Source: the human T2T-CHM13v2.0 reference genome, Homo sapiens
DNA length: 64,000 nt
Reading direction: 5' to 3' (one strand)
Assembly (NCBI RefSeq): GCF_009914755.1
Contig: NC_060940.1
Shown here: positions 63,947-64,000 of the stretch, one piece after another
Position numbering within the stretch: position 1 is the first letter of the stretch
Layout: every line of letters begins with the position of its first letter
Notes under the pieces: generated by a model
What the model saw: the letters and a program-made list of their open reading frames with translations, nothing else
Told to the model about the DNA's origin: nothing
Databases searched by the model: none
Made by a program: the position numbers and the translations under genes

Positions 63947-64000
63947 TGTGTGTTAGTTTGTCCTCATACTGCTATGAAGAAATACCCAATACTGGGTAAT
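63947..64000 (-). mobile_element. End of a THE1/MST MaLR LTR (truncated by the window edge)
   Basis: tgtgttagtttgtcctcatactgctatgaagaaatacccaatactgggtaat. Confidence 0.65.

Overview
Human (hominid) genomic DNA from the interior of ABCC1 (MRP1, multidrug resistance-associated protein 1; chr16p13.11), transcribed on the + strand. Twelve GT-AG coding exons (exons 12-23, 1917 nt, about aa 492-1130) splice into one open frame covering the end of TMD1, all of NBD1 (Walker [10 protein letters not shown]-loop, LSGGQ, degenerate Walker B IYLFDD, H-loop), the NBD1-TMD2 linker and the start of TMD2. Exon and amino-acid numbering is recalled, not looked up. The introns are extremely Alu-dense and also hold older MIR, L2, L1, MER and MLT relics, so nearly all ORFs in the supplied track are Alu or chance artefacts. 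Non-obvious elements: (1) a 30-nt in-frame cassette microexon in intron 19 (45716-45745) adding STVMDEEEAG to the linker; (2) an antisense full-length RPL17 processed pseudogene split by two nested Alus; (3) an intact antisense solo LTR12C with seven CCAAT boxes; (4) a candidate 79-nt poison exon; (5) a candidate recursive AG|GT site; (6) a recent ~260-bp Alu-mediated tandem duplication; (7) a (GGGGCT)n G-quadruplex motif next to the exon 22 branch point. I see no evidence for a wholly new biological system; the best leads concern regulated splicing of the MRP1 linker region.
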